From Chthoniobacteraceae bacterium (GTDB lineage: Bacteria; Verrucomicrobiota; Verrucomicrobiia; Chthoniobacterales; Chthoniobacteraceae), in contig JANNXQ010000140.1 in NCBI GenBank assembly GCA_031409655.1, positions 1 through 28,210 of the forward strand: a stretch of 28,210 nt of DNA, read 5' to 3'. The number at the start of each line of letters is the position of its first letter. Position 1 is the first letter of the stretch. Under the pieces are notes generated by a model that made no database searches, was not told the origin of the DNA, and saw only the letters and a list, made by a program, of their open reading frames with translations. Below are positions 5,056-15,166 of the stretch, piece by piece. A program made the translations under genes and the position numbers.

Positions 5056-6348
5056 CTACTTCGCCGCGAGGACGCTTTTCACGACCCGCATCGTCGCCGC
5101 TTGCCGCTCATGCACGAAGGCCATCGCGGCTTTCACCTTGGCCAGTGCCGCTGGGTAGTCGGCGTGAATCGCGAAGAGCGTCTCCGCCATTTTCGCGGCG
5201 GGTGTGGAGTCAAATTCGAGCAGCCATTCCGGCAGGCCGATGTCTTTGAACATCCAGCACTTCGGGCTGTGGAACTCCGAGTAGGTGTGAATGATCGGCG
5301 TGCCGTTCGCGAGGGCGATGATCGGCGAGTGCGGCTCGTGGCAGACGACGGTGTGCGCGCGGGCGAAGACGGAGGCGGCTTCGTCAGCATTCCAAAACTC
5401 GTCGAGATTCACGACGCTCTGCTGCAGGTCGGCGGGCAGAGGATCGAAGAGCAGGCGTTTGTTGTGGCCCATTTCCTTTTTGACCTCGGGCGCGATGAGC
5501 ACTTTGTGCCCGGTCTTCGTGACCCACTGCGTGATGAGGTCGCGATACACGGCGGCGCGGCGTTCGTCGTCGGCGATCTGCTCCGGCGTGGGATGCAGCG
5601 GGTTCAGCTTGGGCGTTCGGCTGTCGTCCACGCCGGGGAGTTTGGCGGTGTTCGTGCGGAGCTGGATGGTGATGAACTTCCGGTCCTCCAGGCCGAACTT
5701 CTTCATCGTCGCGAGTCCTCGCACGTCGTCGCGCACGTCGATGCCGAAGCAGCCATCGGGGCCGAACTCCAGCACTGGCGTCTTCACGCCGGCGTGGCGG
5801 AGGATGCCGAGCGTCTTGCTCTCGCGGCAGTAGAGGAAGGAGGCACCGTTGAGCATTTCCTTCCGCTCTTCTCCGCCTTTGCCTTCGACCATGCTCGGAA
5901 AATAGGACTGCCCGTAGAGGCCGTACGGTCTGCCGATCTTCCGGCAATATTCCATGAAGTTTGTGTCCTGGCCCATGCCCGAGTTGCGGATGAAAAGATC
6001 GCTACGACCAATCGCAGCGCGGAGTTTTTCATCGTTCTCTTTCGTGCCTGTGAGGCTGCCTTGCAGGATTTCCACTTTCGGAAAACGAGCGCGCAGCAGC
6101 GCGGTGACGCGCTCGTCGAGCTTCATCGCCCAGAGGATGACGTGCGCATCCGGCAGATGCTGCTCGAGGATGCGCAGGGTGCCCGGAGTGTGGCCGATGT
6201 CGCCGATGTTCACCGTGTCCCAGGCGGACTGGAGCAGGATGGTCCGGGGCTTCCCGTCAGCGGCGCGAGCGCGGCGGGTGAGGAAGGACGGTGTGCTGCC
6301 GAACGCGAGAGCGGTGGCGGAGGAGCGGAGGAAAGTGCGGCGATTCAT
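5056..6348 (-). CDS. Polysaccharide pyruvyl transferase family protein with Tat signal peptide
   Basis: MNRRTFL twin-arginine leader, followed by NIGDIG, YCRESKT, FGPD and HSPIIALANGTP motifs typical of the PS pyruvyl transferase fold. Confidence 0.8.
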   Translation of the reverse strand: MNRRTFLRSSATALAFGSTPSFLTRRARAADGKPRTILLQSAWDTVNIGDIGHTPGTLRILEQHLPDAHVILWAMKLDERVTALLRARFPKVEILQGSLTGTKENDEKLRAAIGRSDLFIRNSGMGQDTNFMEYCRKIGRPYGLYGQSYFPSMVEGKGGEERKEMLNGASFLYCRESKTLGILRHAGVKTPVLEFGPDGCFGIDVRDDVRGLATMKKFGLEDRKFITIQLRTNTAKLPGVDDSRTPKLNPLHPTPEQIADDERRAAVYRDLITQWVTKTGHKVLIAPEVKKEMGHNKRLLFDPLPADLQQSVVNLDEFWNADEAASVFARAHTVVCHEPHSPIIALANGTPIIHTYSEFHSPKCWMFKDIGLPEWLLEFDSTPAAKMAETLFAIHADYPAALAKVKAAMAFVHERQAATMRVVKSVLAAK

Positions 6349-6534
6349 GGGTAGGAGTTTGGGAAGTCGGTGGGACGCACCGGTATTGCTACCCTGCGCG
6401 CGCGAAAATGCGGGGCTCCTTTTTTCTGAGGCTGCGCTTTGTTCGTCGCCGCGCGGCGCGGAGGCGGTAAAACTTGGTCATGCCGTGCGTTCACTTTCAC
6501 TCAACCTGCACCGATCGCGCGTGCGGGGAATGCG

Positions 6535-8664
6535 ATGAGTGAGGCCGTCGAGATCATCCGCGTACTCGTGATCACCAGTGATCCGGCGCGCAGCGAGCGG
6601 CTGGAGGAAATCCTCACTACGAAGGACGACGCCAGCGATCTGGAGCTGGAGGCGGCGGAGCTTTTTCGCGAATTTCCGAGTGCCGAGGACGCGGTGGACT
6701 TTGCGATCGAGACGGCGACTCAAGGGGAGGACGGTCTGCAAATGGCGCGCTCGGCGCTGGCGTCGGACCGGCCTTTTGCGGTGGCCTTCATCGACGCGCA
6801 ACTCCCGCCAGGATGGGACGGCGTACAGACGACGCGGGCGCTCTGGCGCGAGTGTCCCGATCTGCAGGTGGTCCTGTGCAGCAGCGATGGCGAGGACTCT
6901 TGGCGCGCGACGGTCCGGCGGCTTGGCGTCTCTGATCGGCTGCTGATCCTGCGCCAGTCTTGCGCTGAAATCGAAGCGCTGCAGACGGCGCATGCGCTCG
7001 GGCGAAAGTGGCTGCTCTCGCGGGCACTGCGCGGGCAACTCGAGAGCCTCGAAGCGCGGGTGGTCATTCGCACGGCGGAACTGGAGCGGGCGAATAGACA
7101 ACTGCGCACGGAAGTCGCCGAGCGCAATGCGGCGCTGGAGGCTCTGCGGGCCGCGGAGGAGCGCTTCGCGCTGGCCTTCGGGGCGAGTCCGGTGGCGATG
7201 CTGATGGAGGCGTTGGCGGACGGGCGTTTTGTGGAGATCAATGCGGCGGGCGTCGCGCTCCTCGGGCGCGGCCGGGAGGCGATCATCGGTCATCCAGCGG
7301 ACGAACTCGGGCTGTGGGTGGACGCCGACCAGCATACGGAAGTGCGGCTGCTCGTGCAGGCAGGGGAGCCGGTGCGGCATTTTGCGTCGCAGTGGCGCAA
7401 AGGCGACGGCGAGGTGCGGCAGGTGCAGCTCTGGAGCGAGCGTCTCATCTGGCGCGGGCGCGATCACCTTCTGCTCATGGCCGCCGATGTCACGGAGCTG
7501 GCGAATCTCGAAGCGCAGCTCCGGCAGGCGCAGAAGATGGAGGCCGTGGGCTCCCTCGCCGCCGGCGTTGCGCATGAGTTCAACAACATCCTCGGGGTCA
7601 TCCATGGCCACCTCAGCGTGCAGCTCGATGGCGACGCGCTGAGCGATGGCACGCGCGCGGCCTTGAGCGCGGCTTTCGCCGCGAGCGAACGCGCTGCGGC
7701 CCTTACCCGCCGACTGCTCACTTGCACGCGGCAACAGGTGATCGCCCGCGAGCCGCTGGACCTCGTGGCCGTGCTCGAGGAGACTCGGGCGCTGCTTGCG
7801 CGCCTCCTCGGCGCGCAGATCGCGCAGCAGTGGGAGCTGGGTGCCGCTCATCTCATCGTGGCCGGCGAAGCGGCGGCGATCGAGCAAATCGTCCTGAATC
7901 TCGCGCTCAATGCTCGCGATGCGATGCCCGCTGGCGGCTCGCTGATCGTGCGGCTCGAGGTGGTCGCCATCGACGCCACAACTCGCCCGCAAGCCACGCC
8001 CGGCGACTATGCGCGGCTCAGCGTCATCGATCACGGCGGCGGCATCGCGCCGGAAAATCTGCCGCGCATTTTCGAGCCCTTTTTCACCACGAAAAACCTC
8101 GGCGCCGGAACGGGTCTCGGCCTGGCCGTGGTCTATGCGATCGTCGAAAAGCTGGGCGGATGGATCGAGGTCGAGAGCGCGCCCGGTGCGGGCGCCACCT
8201 TCCGCGTTTATCTCCCGATTTCCGCCACCACTCGTTTCGAGGATTCCGCCACGCCATCGGCGAGACCTGCGGCCGAGTCCGCGACGATCCTCATCGTGGA
8301 TGACGAGGAAATGCTCATCTACCTGCTCCAGGGAATCCTGACGATGAGCGGCCATCGCGTGATCACTGCGCCGGATGCGGCCAGCGCGATGCAGCGCTGG
8401 GCGGAGCACCACGGGGAGATCGATCTCGTGATCACCGACATGGTGATGCCAGGCGGAGTCAGCGGGCGCGACCTCAGCGAAATGCTGCTCACGGAATCAC
8501 CAGGGCTGCCCATCATTTTCACCAGCGGCTACAGCCCAGACTTTGCCGGAGCGAATCTGACACTCACGCCCGGCGTCAATTTTCTCCCGAAGCCATACAC
8601 CTCACAGGCCGTGCTGGAGATCGTGGAGAAAATGCTCGCCGGGAAACGCGACCCGCGGCTGTGA
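6535..8664 (+). CDS. Hybrid sensor histidine kinase (REC-like/PAS/HisKA/HATPase/REC)
   Basis: H-box GVAHEFNN, N-box [11 protein letters not shown]1 DHGGG, F-box FEPFFTTK, G2 GTGLGL, and a C-terminal receiver (VDDE...TDMVMP...KP). The start is placed at ATG 6535. Confidence 0.93.
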   Translation: MSEAVEIIRVLVITSDPARSERLEEILTTKDDASDLELEAAELFREFPSAEDAVDFAIETATQGEDGLQMARSALASDRPFAVAFIDAQLPPGWDGVQTTRALWRECPDLQVVLCSSDGEDSWRATVRRLGVSDRLLILRQSCAEIEALQTAHALGRKWLLSRALRGQLESLEARVVIRTAELERANRQLRTEVAERNAALEALRAAEERFALAFGASPVAMLMEALADGRFVEINAAGVALLGRGREAIIGHPADELGLWVDADQHTEVRLLVQAGEPVRHFASQWRKGDGEVRQVQLWSERLIWRGRDHLLLMAADVTELANLEAQLRQAQKMEAVGSLAAGVAHEFNNILGVIHGHLSVQLDGDALSDGTRAALSAAFAASERAAALTRRLLTCTRQQVIAREPLDLVAVLEETRALLARLLGAQIAQQWELGAAHLIVAGEAAAIEQIVLNLALNARDAMPAGGSLIVRLEVVAIDATTRPQATPGDYARLSVIDHGGGIAPENLPRIFEPFFTTKNLGAGTGLGLAVVYAIVEKLGGWIEVESAPGAGATFRVYLPISATTRFEDSATPSARPAAESATILIVDDEEMLIYLLQGILTMSGHRVITAPDAASAMQRWAEHHGEIDLVITDMVMPGGVSGRDLSEMLLTESPGLPIIFTSGYSPDFAGANLTLTPGVNFLPKPYTSQAVLEIVEKMLAGKRDPRL

Positions 8665-8780
8665 GCAGGCAGCGGCGGGCGTCGTTCAATCCGCCCTTTG
8701 CCGGTCAGAACCGCGGCTCGCTCGCTCCTCCCGGGCACGGTCGAGATGCCATTTCACAGATCGCGGCTATTATTTGCCCG

Positions 8781-9176
8781 ATGAAAAAAGACTCCTTCGG
8801 CAAATGGATGATCGCGTACGGCCTTTTCCTTTCGGTGATGGGACTGGCAGGCTATCTCTCGAATCCGGAAAAGGCGAAGACCGCGCTGATGTCAGGCGGC
8901 ACCTTTGGCGGCCTCGCGGTCCTGCTCGGCATCTTCGCAAGCCGTGGCGCTGGATGGCCGCGAGGCGCAGGCCTGGTGGTGACCCTGCTGCTCAGTGGCG
9001 TCTTCCTCTGGCGATCCACGGTAAGCTGGACGGCCGTCGCCGGCGGGCAGAGTGAAAAGCTCACCGCCGCCGTCTTGATCACGGCCATGGGCATCGCGTC
9101 GCTCGCGATGATCGTCATCACTCTCCGGTCGCTGACTGCAAAGCGCGCGGTCATCGAAGGCCCACGCGGCAGCTGA
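8781..9176 (+). CDS. TMEM14 family membrane protein
   Basis: Four short hydrophobic helices with the YG.FL...GL.GY....K TALMSGG motif. Confidence 0.7.
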   Translation: MKKDSFGKWMIAYGLFLSVMGLAGYLSNPEKAKTALMSGGTFGGLAVLLGIFASRGAGWPRGAGLVVTLLLSGVFLWRSTVSWTAVAGGQSEKLTAAVLITAMGIASLAMIVITLRSLTAKRAVIEGPRGS

Positions 9177-9190
9177 AGAGAATCCCGGAT

Positions 9191-10321
9191 TTAACCGACC
9201 AACGGCACGGCGGCCTGCTGACGCACGATCCAGCCGCCCCCGAGCACTTCATCGCCGCGATAGCAGACGGCCGCCTGCCCCGGAGTGACCGCGCGCTGCG
9301 GGACGTGCAGCCGCACCCGGGCCACGTCGTCTGCATCCGGGTACACCGTGGCCACCGCGCCGGCGTGGCCGTAGCGGATTTTCACCGAGACTTCAAAGGG
9401 CTCGCTCGCTTCGCCGTGCCACGCGCAATGGTCGATGGTGAATTCCTCCGTCATCAAATCCTCGGCGTCGCCCACGATCACGCGGTTCGAAGCTGGGTCG
9501 ATATCGATCACATACTGCGGGCGCACGGAGCCGCCGGGGAGGCCTTTGCGCTGGCCGATGGTGAAAAGTTCGATGCCTTCGTGCTCCGCGACACGCTTGC
9601 CTGATTTGTCGTAGATACCGCCGCGGTGGAATTCGTGTTCGCCGAGGTGCGAGCGGAGGAAGGCCTTGTAGTCGTTGCCGGGCACGAAGCAGATCTCCTG
9701 GCTGTCCACTTTGTCCGCGGTCTTCAGTCCGAGTTGGCGGGCGATGGCTCGGATCTCGGTCTTTTCCATCCCGCCGAGCGGACAGAGGGCGCGCTGGAGT
9801 TGCGCCTGACGAAGACTGAAGAGGAAATACGATTGGTCTTTGCGCGGATCGCGACCTTTCCGGAGCGCGGCACGATCGGCGTGATGCTCGATGATCGCGT
9901 AGTGGCCGGTGGCGATGAAGTCGGCACCGATGGCTTTCGCTTTTCCCCAGAGGTTGCCAAATTTCACCTTCTCATTGCACATCACGCAGGGGTTCGGGGT
10001 GCGGCCTTTCTTGTACTCGTCGGCAAAGTAATCGATGACCAGCCGCTCGAAGTTCTCCGCTTCATCCACGACGTAGTGCGGGATGCCGAGCGAGTGCGCG
10101 ACGCTGCGCGCGTCGGCAATGGCCTGCGGCCCGCAGCATTTGTCTTCGGCCCGCGAGAGACAGTCCTGCGGCCACACTTTCATCGTCACGCCGACGACGT
10201 CGTAGCCTTGTTGCTTGAGCAGAAATGCAGCGACGCTCGAATCCACGCCGCCACTCATGCCCACCACGACGCGGGCGGGTTTTGTTGGAGTTGGATTGGA
10301 TGAAGGAGCGTCAGGCAGCAC
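9191..10321 (-). CDS. mnmA: tRNA-specific 2-thiouridylase MnmA
   Basis: MSGGVDSS PP-loop, TPNPCVMCN, ATGHYA, KDQSYFL, SQEICF, TIGQRKGL and TPGQA motifs. Confidence 0.97.
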   Translation of the reverse strand: MLPDAPSSNPTPTKPARVVVGMSGGVDSSVAAFLLKQQGYDVVGVTMKVWPQDCLSRAEDKCCGPQAIADARSVAHSLGIPHYVVDEAENFERLVIDYFADEYKKGRTPNPCVMCNEKVKFGNLWGKAKAIGADFIATGHYAIIEHHADRAALRKGRDPRKDQSYFLFSLRQAQLQRALCPLGGMEKTEIRAIARQLGLKTADKVDSQEICFVPGNDYKAFLRSHLGEHEFHRGGIYDKSGKRVAEHEGIELFTIGQRKGLPGGSVRPQYVIDIDPASNRVIVGDAEDLMTEEFTIDHCAWHGEASEPFEVSVKIRYGHAGAVATVYPDADDVARVRLHVPQRAVTPGQAAVCYRGDEVLGGGWIVRQQAAVPLVG

Positions 10322-10395
10322 GGCGGCGCGGAGTCTCAGTCCTTATCTGCGAACTCTCAACTGGTTTTGAACCGAGCCCCGGGCAGCCGACGATC

Positions 10396-10893
10396 TCAGG
10401 CGAGAAAGCGGCCAAGATTTTCCTGCTCCCACGCTTTCGCCCGGCGGAACCAGTGGAACTTCTTCTCCCGAGCGAGAAACTTTTCGTGATGCACGCTGCG
10501 CCGACCGGCGCTGTCGTACTCGTCGGGCACGAAGGCGTGGAGCATTTCGTGATAGACGACGTACTCGACGAACCAAGTGGGGACGAAGACGCGGTCGAGC
10601 AGCGGATGGATACGGATGATGCGGTCCTCTTCCTGGATCGTGCCGAAGACGATGATCTCGCGCGGACGCTCCGCCCGCCGCTGACCCCACACGATGCGGT
10701 AGCGCTTCAGGCGATTGCCGAAGTAGCGCTCATTCATCTTGTTGAAGATGTCGCGCAGATGGAAATAGCGACCTTGGCCGGGCTCGGAGAATTCAAACTG
10801 ACGCTGGAGCGGAAAGCGCAGCGCACAGGCCTTGCGTTTCGGCGTGCTGGGCTTGCGCTTGGGGGCGGCGTTGGTGGATTTTCGGCTAGCCAT
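10396..10893 (-). CDS. SprT/YgjP-like zinc metalloprotease domain protein
   Basis: IRIHPLLD...VEYVVYHEMLH (HExxH) and a downstream H..KF motif. Confidence 0.85.
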   Translation of the reverse strand: MASRKSTNAAPKRKPSTPKRKACALRFPLQRQFEFSEPGQGRYFHLRDIFNKMNERYFGNRLKRYRIVWGQRRAERPREIIVFGTIQEEDRIIRIHPLLDRVFVPTWFVEYVVYHEMLHAFVPDEYDSAGRRSVHHEKFLAREKKFHWFRRAKAWEQENLGRFLA

Positions 10894-10920
10894 TACGGGC
10901 GGGAAAGTAGGCGTGTGGCT

Positions 10921-11994
10921 CTAAACACTCAAGCGTTCGCTGTCGGGTGGTAAAGATTTGCCCTGCCCGTCCAAAAGCTGCTCCAAGCGCCGGACGCGGT
11001 CGGAAAGCTTGGGCAACCGGCCGATTCGGGCAATTCTCTCCCGGAATTCTTTTACTGGCGCCGCTGGGAATCCCATGAATATCTCCTTCCCGTGCAGAGA
11101 CTTGGTAATTCCGCTCTGCGCGGCAACGACGACCTGATCGCCAATTTCGAGGTGGCCAGCGACCCCCACTTGGCCGGCCAGCGTCACGTAGTTGCCGAGA
11201 CGCGTGCTGCCGGAAATACCTACTTGAGACACAATGATACAGCGCTTCCCGATGACCACGTTGTGGGCGATCTGGACGAGGTTATCGATCTTCGTGCCTT
11301 CTCCGATCCAAGTCCGGCCGAAACGCGCGCGGTCGATGGTGGTATTCGCGCCGATCTCGACGTCGTCGTCGATCTGCACGATTCCGGATTGCGGGATTTT
11401 TACGTGCCGCCCACCGGAGAACTCAAAGCCAAAGCCATCGCTGCCAATGACCACTCCACTGTGAAAAATGGCGCGGTTTCCGACGACACAGCGTGAGCCG
11501 ATGGTCACGCGTGGGGCGAAATGGCACCCTTCGCCGACGCTCGCCCCGTGTCCCAGGTAGCCGTGCGCGCCGATCACCGTTCCCGCGCCGATCTTCACTC
11601 CATCTTCGATCACGACATGCGGCTGGACGGAAACGCCCTCGCCGAGCTGCACATCTCGCCCGATCACCGCACTTGGATGCACGCCAGGCGGGAAGACGAT
11701 CGGCGGTGGAGCAAACCGCTCGACGACCTTGGCAAAGGCGAGCGAAGGATTCGCGACGCGAATGGCGACCGCGGGGATTTCCTCTGCGAAGTCGAGCGAC
11801 ACCAGAGCTGCGGTCGCTTGGGTGGCCTTGAGTTGCGGAAGATATTTCGCGTTGCCGAGGAAGGTCACGTCGCCGGCGCTGGCTTCGCGCGCACCCGCGA
11901 CGCCGGTGATGAGCTTCGCCCCCTCAGTCGGGACGCAAAACTGGCCGCCCACGAGGGCGGCCAGTTCTTGGACCGTGATTTGCACGGTGGTCAA
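10921..11994 (-). CDS. lpxD: UDP-3-O-(3-hydroxyacyl)glucosamine N-acyltransferase
   Basis: Hexapeptide repeats, [18 protein letters not shown] and [11 protein letters not shown]; located downstream of skp and bamA. Confidence 0.97.
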   Translation of the reverse strand: MTTVQITVQELAALVGGQFCVPTEGAKLITGVAGAREASAGDVTFLGNAKYLPQLKATQATAALVSLDFAEEIPAVAIRVANPSLAFAKVVERFAPPPIVFPPGVHPSAVIGRDVQLGEGVSVQPHVVIEDGVKIGAGTVIGAHGYLGHGASVGEGCHFAPRVTIGSRCVVGNRAIFHSGVVIGSDGFGFEFSGGRHVKIPQSGIVQIDDDVEIGANTTIDRARFGRTWIGEGTKIDNLVQIAHNVVIGKRCIIVSQVGISGSTRLGNYVTLAGQVGVAGHLEIGDQVVVAAQSGITKSLHGKEIFMGFPAAPVKEFRERIARIGRLPKLSDRVRRLEQLLDGQGKSLPPDSERLSV

Positions 11995-12006
11995 AGTGTT
12001 GGGGGA

Positions 12007-12639
12007 CTACTTCTTGGCGGGCTTCTTGTCGCCATTCTCGGGCTTGGCCGGAGCGTCGGCACTCGTCTCCTTGCCCTTGTTCTTATTGAGAGCAGCGACG
12101 ACATCGTTCGTGAACTCATAGGTATCCCGCGAAAAAAGCACAATCGGCACGCCATTGAGGCTCGGGCCGGACTTGTCGAAGACGAGGTCGAAGTTTTCCG
12201 CCTTCACCTTGGCTTCCACGATCTTGTTGATCTCTTCGACGATGCCTGCGCGCATCCGCACGGACTGCTCCTGGAGTTGCTTCTCACGGTTGGCGCGGAA
12301 CTCGGAGTTTTCGCGATCCATGGTGCGCAATTCGGCGATTTTCTCGTCGCGGCCCTTGGTCTTGGTTTCCTTGGCTTCCTTGCTCAGGGCCGGATTCTCG
12401 ATCTCCGTGTTCATCTTCTGCACCTCTTCCATGGCCTTCTTCTGAATATCAAGGCGGTCCTCGAGTTCCTTCTTCGCATTGTTCCGCGCCTCATTGATTT
12501 TCGCCTCAGCATCCTTCGTCTTGTAGTAGCTCTCGAAGACCTTCTTCATGTCGACAGAACCGATCTTGAGTTGCTGGGCTTGGGCAGCGGACGCACCAAA
12601 CAGGGCGAGGACGAGGGTGAGGATGACGTGCTTTTTCAT
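12007..12639 (-). CDS. skp: OmpH/Skp periplasmic chaperone
   Basis: Signal peptide, KIGSVDM, long coiled coil and FDLVFDKS; located between bamA and lpxD. Confidence 0.93.
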   Translation of the reverse strand: MKKHVILTLVLALFGASAAQAQQLKIGSVDMKKVFESYYKTKDAEAKINEARNNAKKELEDRLDIQKKAMEEVQKMNTEIENPALSKEAKETKTKGRDEKIAELRTMDRENSEFRANREKQLQEQSVRMRAGIVEEINKIVEAKVKAENFDLVFDKSGPSLNGVPIVLFSRDTYEFTNDVVAALNKNKGKETSADAPAKPENGDKKPAKK

Positions 12640-12718
12640 GTGGATATTAGAGAAATGAAGGGATGGGGTTGGTTGGGTGAAATTTGGAGACGCTGAGACT
12701 GCCGCTACCGTGCGGCGT

Positions 12719-15037
12719 TCAAAATTGATAGCCGATATTGAAATTGAACTTGCCGCTCGAGTCGTTGAAGCGGTCGGCCTGCACAGGGATGCCGTAGTCG
12801 ATGCGCACGGGGCCGATCGGGAGATCGAGCCGGACGCCGAAGCCGACGTCGCTGTTCACATCGCCGCCGAAGTCATACGAACCAGTGCCCACGGCACCGA
12901 CATCGTAGAAGACGGCCCCGCGGACCTTGTCCACGATCGGGAAGGTATACTCGACAGTCATGCGCCAGAGGCTGTTGCCACCGATTGGCTCGCCGTCTTC
13001 GTCCTTTGGGCTCACGTCCCGGTATTTGAAACCGCGGAGATTGTTCGCGCCGCCGAGGAAGAGGCGGTCGAAGATGGGCACGCGATCCCCGCTGGACCAG
13101 GTGCTGACGCTCGAGAGTTCGCCATTGAGGGTCAGGATCGTATCCCACGGGAGGAGGAAGTATTTCGATGCTTCGAGATCCCAGCCGTAAATGTCGGTGT
13201 CGCCCCCGAGGAAGCCGCCAGCGACGAAGCCCGAGAAATCGATGCGCTCGCCACGGCGGGTGAGGAAGACGGAGTCCCGGGTGTCATAGAGAATGCCAGC
13301 GCTGATTTCGCTCTTCAGACGCGAGCCTTCCTCGTCCTTGATCGTTTGCGAAACATCCTCATCCACGTTCTGGATGGTGATGTCTTCGAGGCGGTAGCCG
13401 ACGCGACCGGAGGTGAAGGTGCCGAGCCGCTTCCGCGCGGTGATGGTTCCGCCGTAGCGTTTCTCATCATAGACGGAAGACACGAAGGACGCCTCGCGAT
13501 AGAAAAGTTCGCCGCCAAGCGAAAGTTCGCGATCGAGGAAGTATGGCTCGGTGAGCGCAAGGATGAAGTCCTTCCGGCGCGTTCCATATTGGGCGCGGAT
13601 GCGGAACTTCTGGCCGCCACCGGTAAAGGTGGGCCAGTGCATGGCGTCAAAATTACCCTGGGTGATTTCGACGAATCCGAGAAGGCTGTCGATCGAGCTG
13701 AAGCCCGCCCCGAAATTAAACGAACCGGTTCGTTTTTCCTCCACGTTGATATTCAAATCCTTGCGGCCCGGGACCAAGGTTTCGCTCGGGTACATCTCGA
13801 CCTTGGAGAAGTAGTTCAGGTTGTTCAGGCGCTGCTTCGAGGCATCGACGCGCACCATGTTGAAGATTTCCCCCGGAATGAGCGCCACCTCGCGGCGGAT
13901 GACTTTGTCCTTGGTCCGGGTGTTGCCGGAAATGTTGATGCGCTCGACGTAGCTCTGGACGCCTTCGTCGATGGTAAAGGCGACGTCCATCGTGCCCTTG
14001 CCCGCGGGCTTGTTCTGGGCACCGGCGTTGAAATCGGTGTAGCCGCGGGAGCCGTAGAGATCCTGGATCACCTTGATGTCCGCCCGCACGTTCTGCGGGG
14101 AGTAAATCTCGCCGGTCTTGACCTTCGCGCCCGTCGTCATCTCGTCCTGCGTGAAGACTTGAGCTCCTGAGTAGCTGACCCGTCCGACGCGATATTGAAC
14201 GCCTTCGCTGACATTAAAAGTGAGGTCAACCTGCCCATCGCTCCGCCGCTCGACGCGCGGTGCGCTGACCTGCGCGTCAAAGTAACCGCGGCTCTGGTAG
14301 AGTTCGCGCACCGCGATCGCGTCGGCCTCGAGTTGATCGATATTCAAGCGGTTGCTCTTCCCGAAATAAGTGAGGGGATTGAGGATGCTTTTCGGGCGGG
14401 TCTTGATGACTTTTTTGACGTCGCTCGTTTTGACGCCGCTATTTCCCTGCACGTTGACCTCACGGATGATCGTCTTGCCTCCCTCAGTGACGGTGAAGGT
14501 CACGCGGGCGGTGCCAGCCTTCTCATTCACCGCGGTATCAAATTTCACATCCACATCGCCGAAACCCTTGTTCGCGTAGAATTCGACGATCTTCTGCCGA
14601 TCCTGCTCCAGCGTGGCCTCGCTCAACTGATCCCCGGGTTTCGCCGAGATCTCTTTGCGAATGCGGCTCGCCTTCACCTTATCCGGACCATTCAGCACCA
14701 CTTCGCTGATCTGCGCCTTGGCTGCGATGACCACGATGACCTTCACACCATTCTGCTGTGGCTCGCCGAAGATGCGGACGTTCGAGACATTTCCCGTCCG
14801 GTAGAGATTGCGGATGTCTTCCTCGACGACCTGCTCGCTGTAGGGCTTGCCCACTCGGGTGCGCATGTTCGCGAGGATTCGCTCCCGCGAGATTTGCGCT
14901 GCTCCCGCAAACTGCACGTCGATCGAACGAACGATGGGAGCCTCCGGGGCGGCGGGACGCTGGGCCTGACTGCCAGGAATAGAAAGGAAGCTCGCGAGCA
15001 ATGCGAACGCGGCACCGAGGATTGGGCGATAATTCAT
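12719..15037 (-). CDS. bamA: Outer membrane protein assembly factor BamA
   Basis: Signal peptide, POTRA repeats (GNTRTKDKVIRRE), LRGF motif, PIGP and C-terminal FNFNIGYQF. The start is placed at ATG 15037. Confidence 0.96.
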   Translation of the reverse strand: MNYRPILGAAFALLASFLSIPGSQAQRPAAPEAPIVRSIDVQFAGAAQISRERILANMRTRVGKPYSEQVVEEDIRNLYRTGNVSNVRIFGEPQQNGVKVIVVIAAKAQISEVVLNGPDKVKASRIRKEISAKPGDQLSEATLEQDRQKIVEFYANKGFGDVDVKFDTAVNEKAGTARVTFTVTEGGKTIIREVNVQGNSGVKTSDVKKVIKTRPKSILNPLTYFGKSNRLNIDQLEADAIAVRELYQSRGYFDAQVSAPRVERRSDGQVDLTFNVSEGVQYRVGRVSYSGAQVFTQDEMTTGAKVKTGEIYSPQNVRADIKVIQDLYGSRGYTDFNAGAQNKPAGKGTMDVAFTIDEGVQSYVERINISGNTRTKDKVIRREVALIPGEIFNMVRVDASKQRLNNLNYFSKVEMYPSETLVPGRKDLNINVEEKRTGSFNFGAGFSSIDSLLGFVEITQGNFDAMHWPTFTGGGQKFRIRAQYGTRRKDFILALTEPYFLDRELSLGGELFYREASFVSSVYDEKRYGGTITARKRLGTFTSGRVGYRLEDITIQNVDEDVSQTIKDEEGSRLKSEISAGILYDTRDSVFLTRRGERIDFSGFVAGGFLGGDTDIYGWDLEASKYFLLPWDTILTLNGELSSVSTWSSGDRVPIFDRLFLGGANNLRGFKYRDVSPKDEDGEPIGGNSLWRMTVEYTFPIVDKVRGAVFYDVGAVGTGSYDFGGDVNSDVGFGVRLDLPIGPVRIDYGIPVQADRFNDSSGKFNFNIGYQF

Positions 15038-15166
15038 GGGCAAATGGAGAATCAAACAGGCCACCGTGGAGGAACCCTCCCAAGCGGAAAACCCGCGTAT
15101 AAGAGGGACTGCCGGGTAGTCCGTCAAGCAGCCAAATCGTCGGAAAACGCCAATCCTAAGAGGCCT

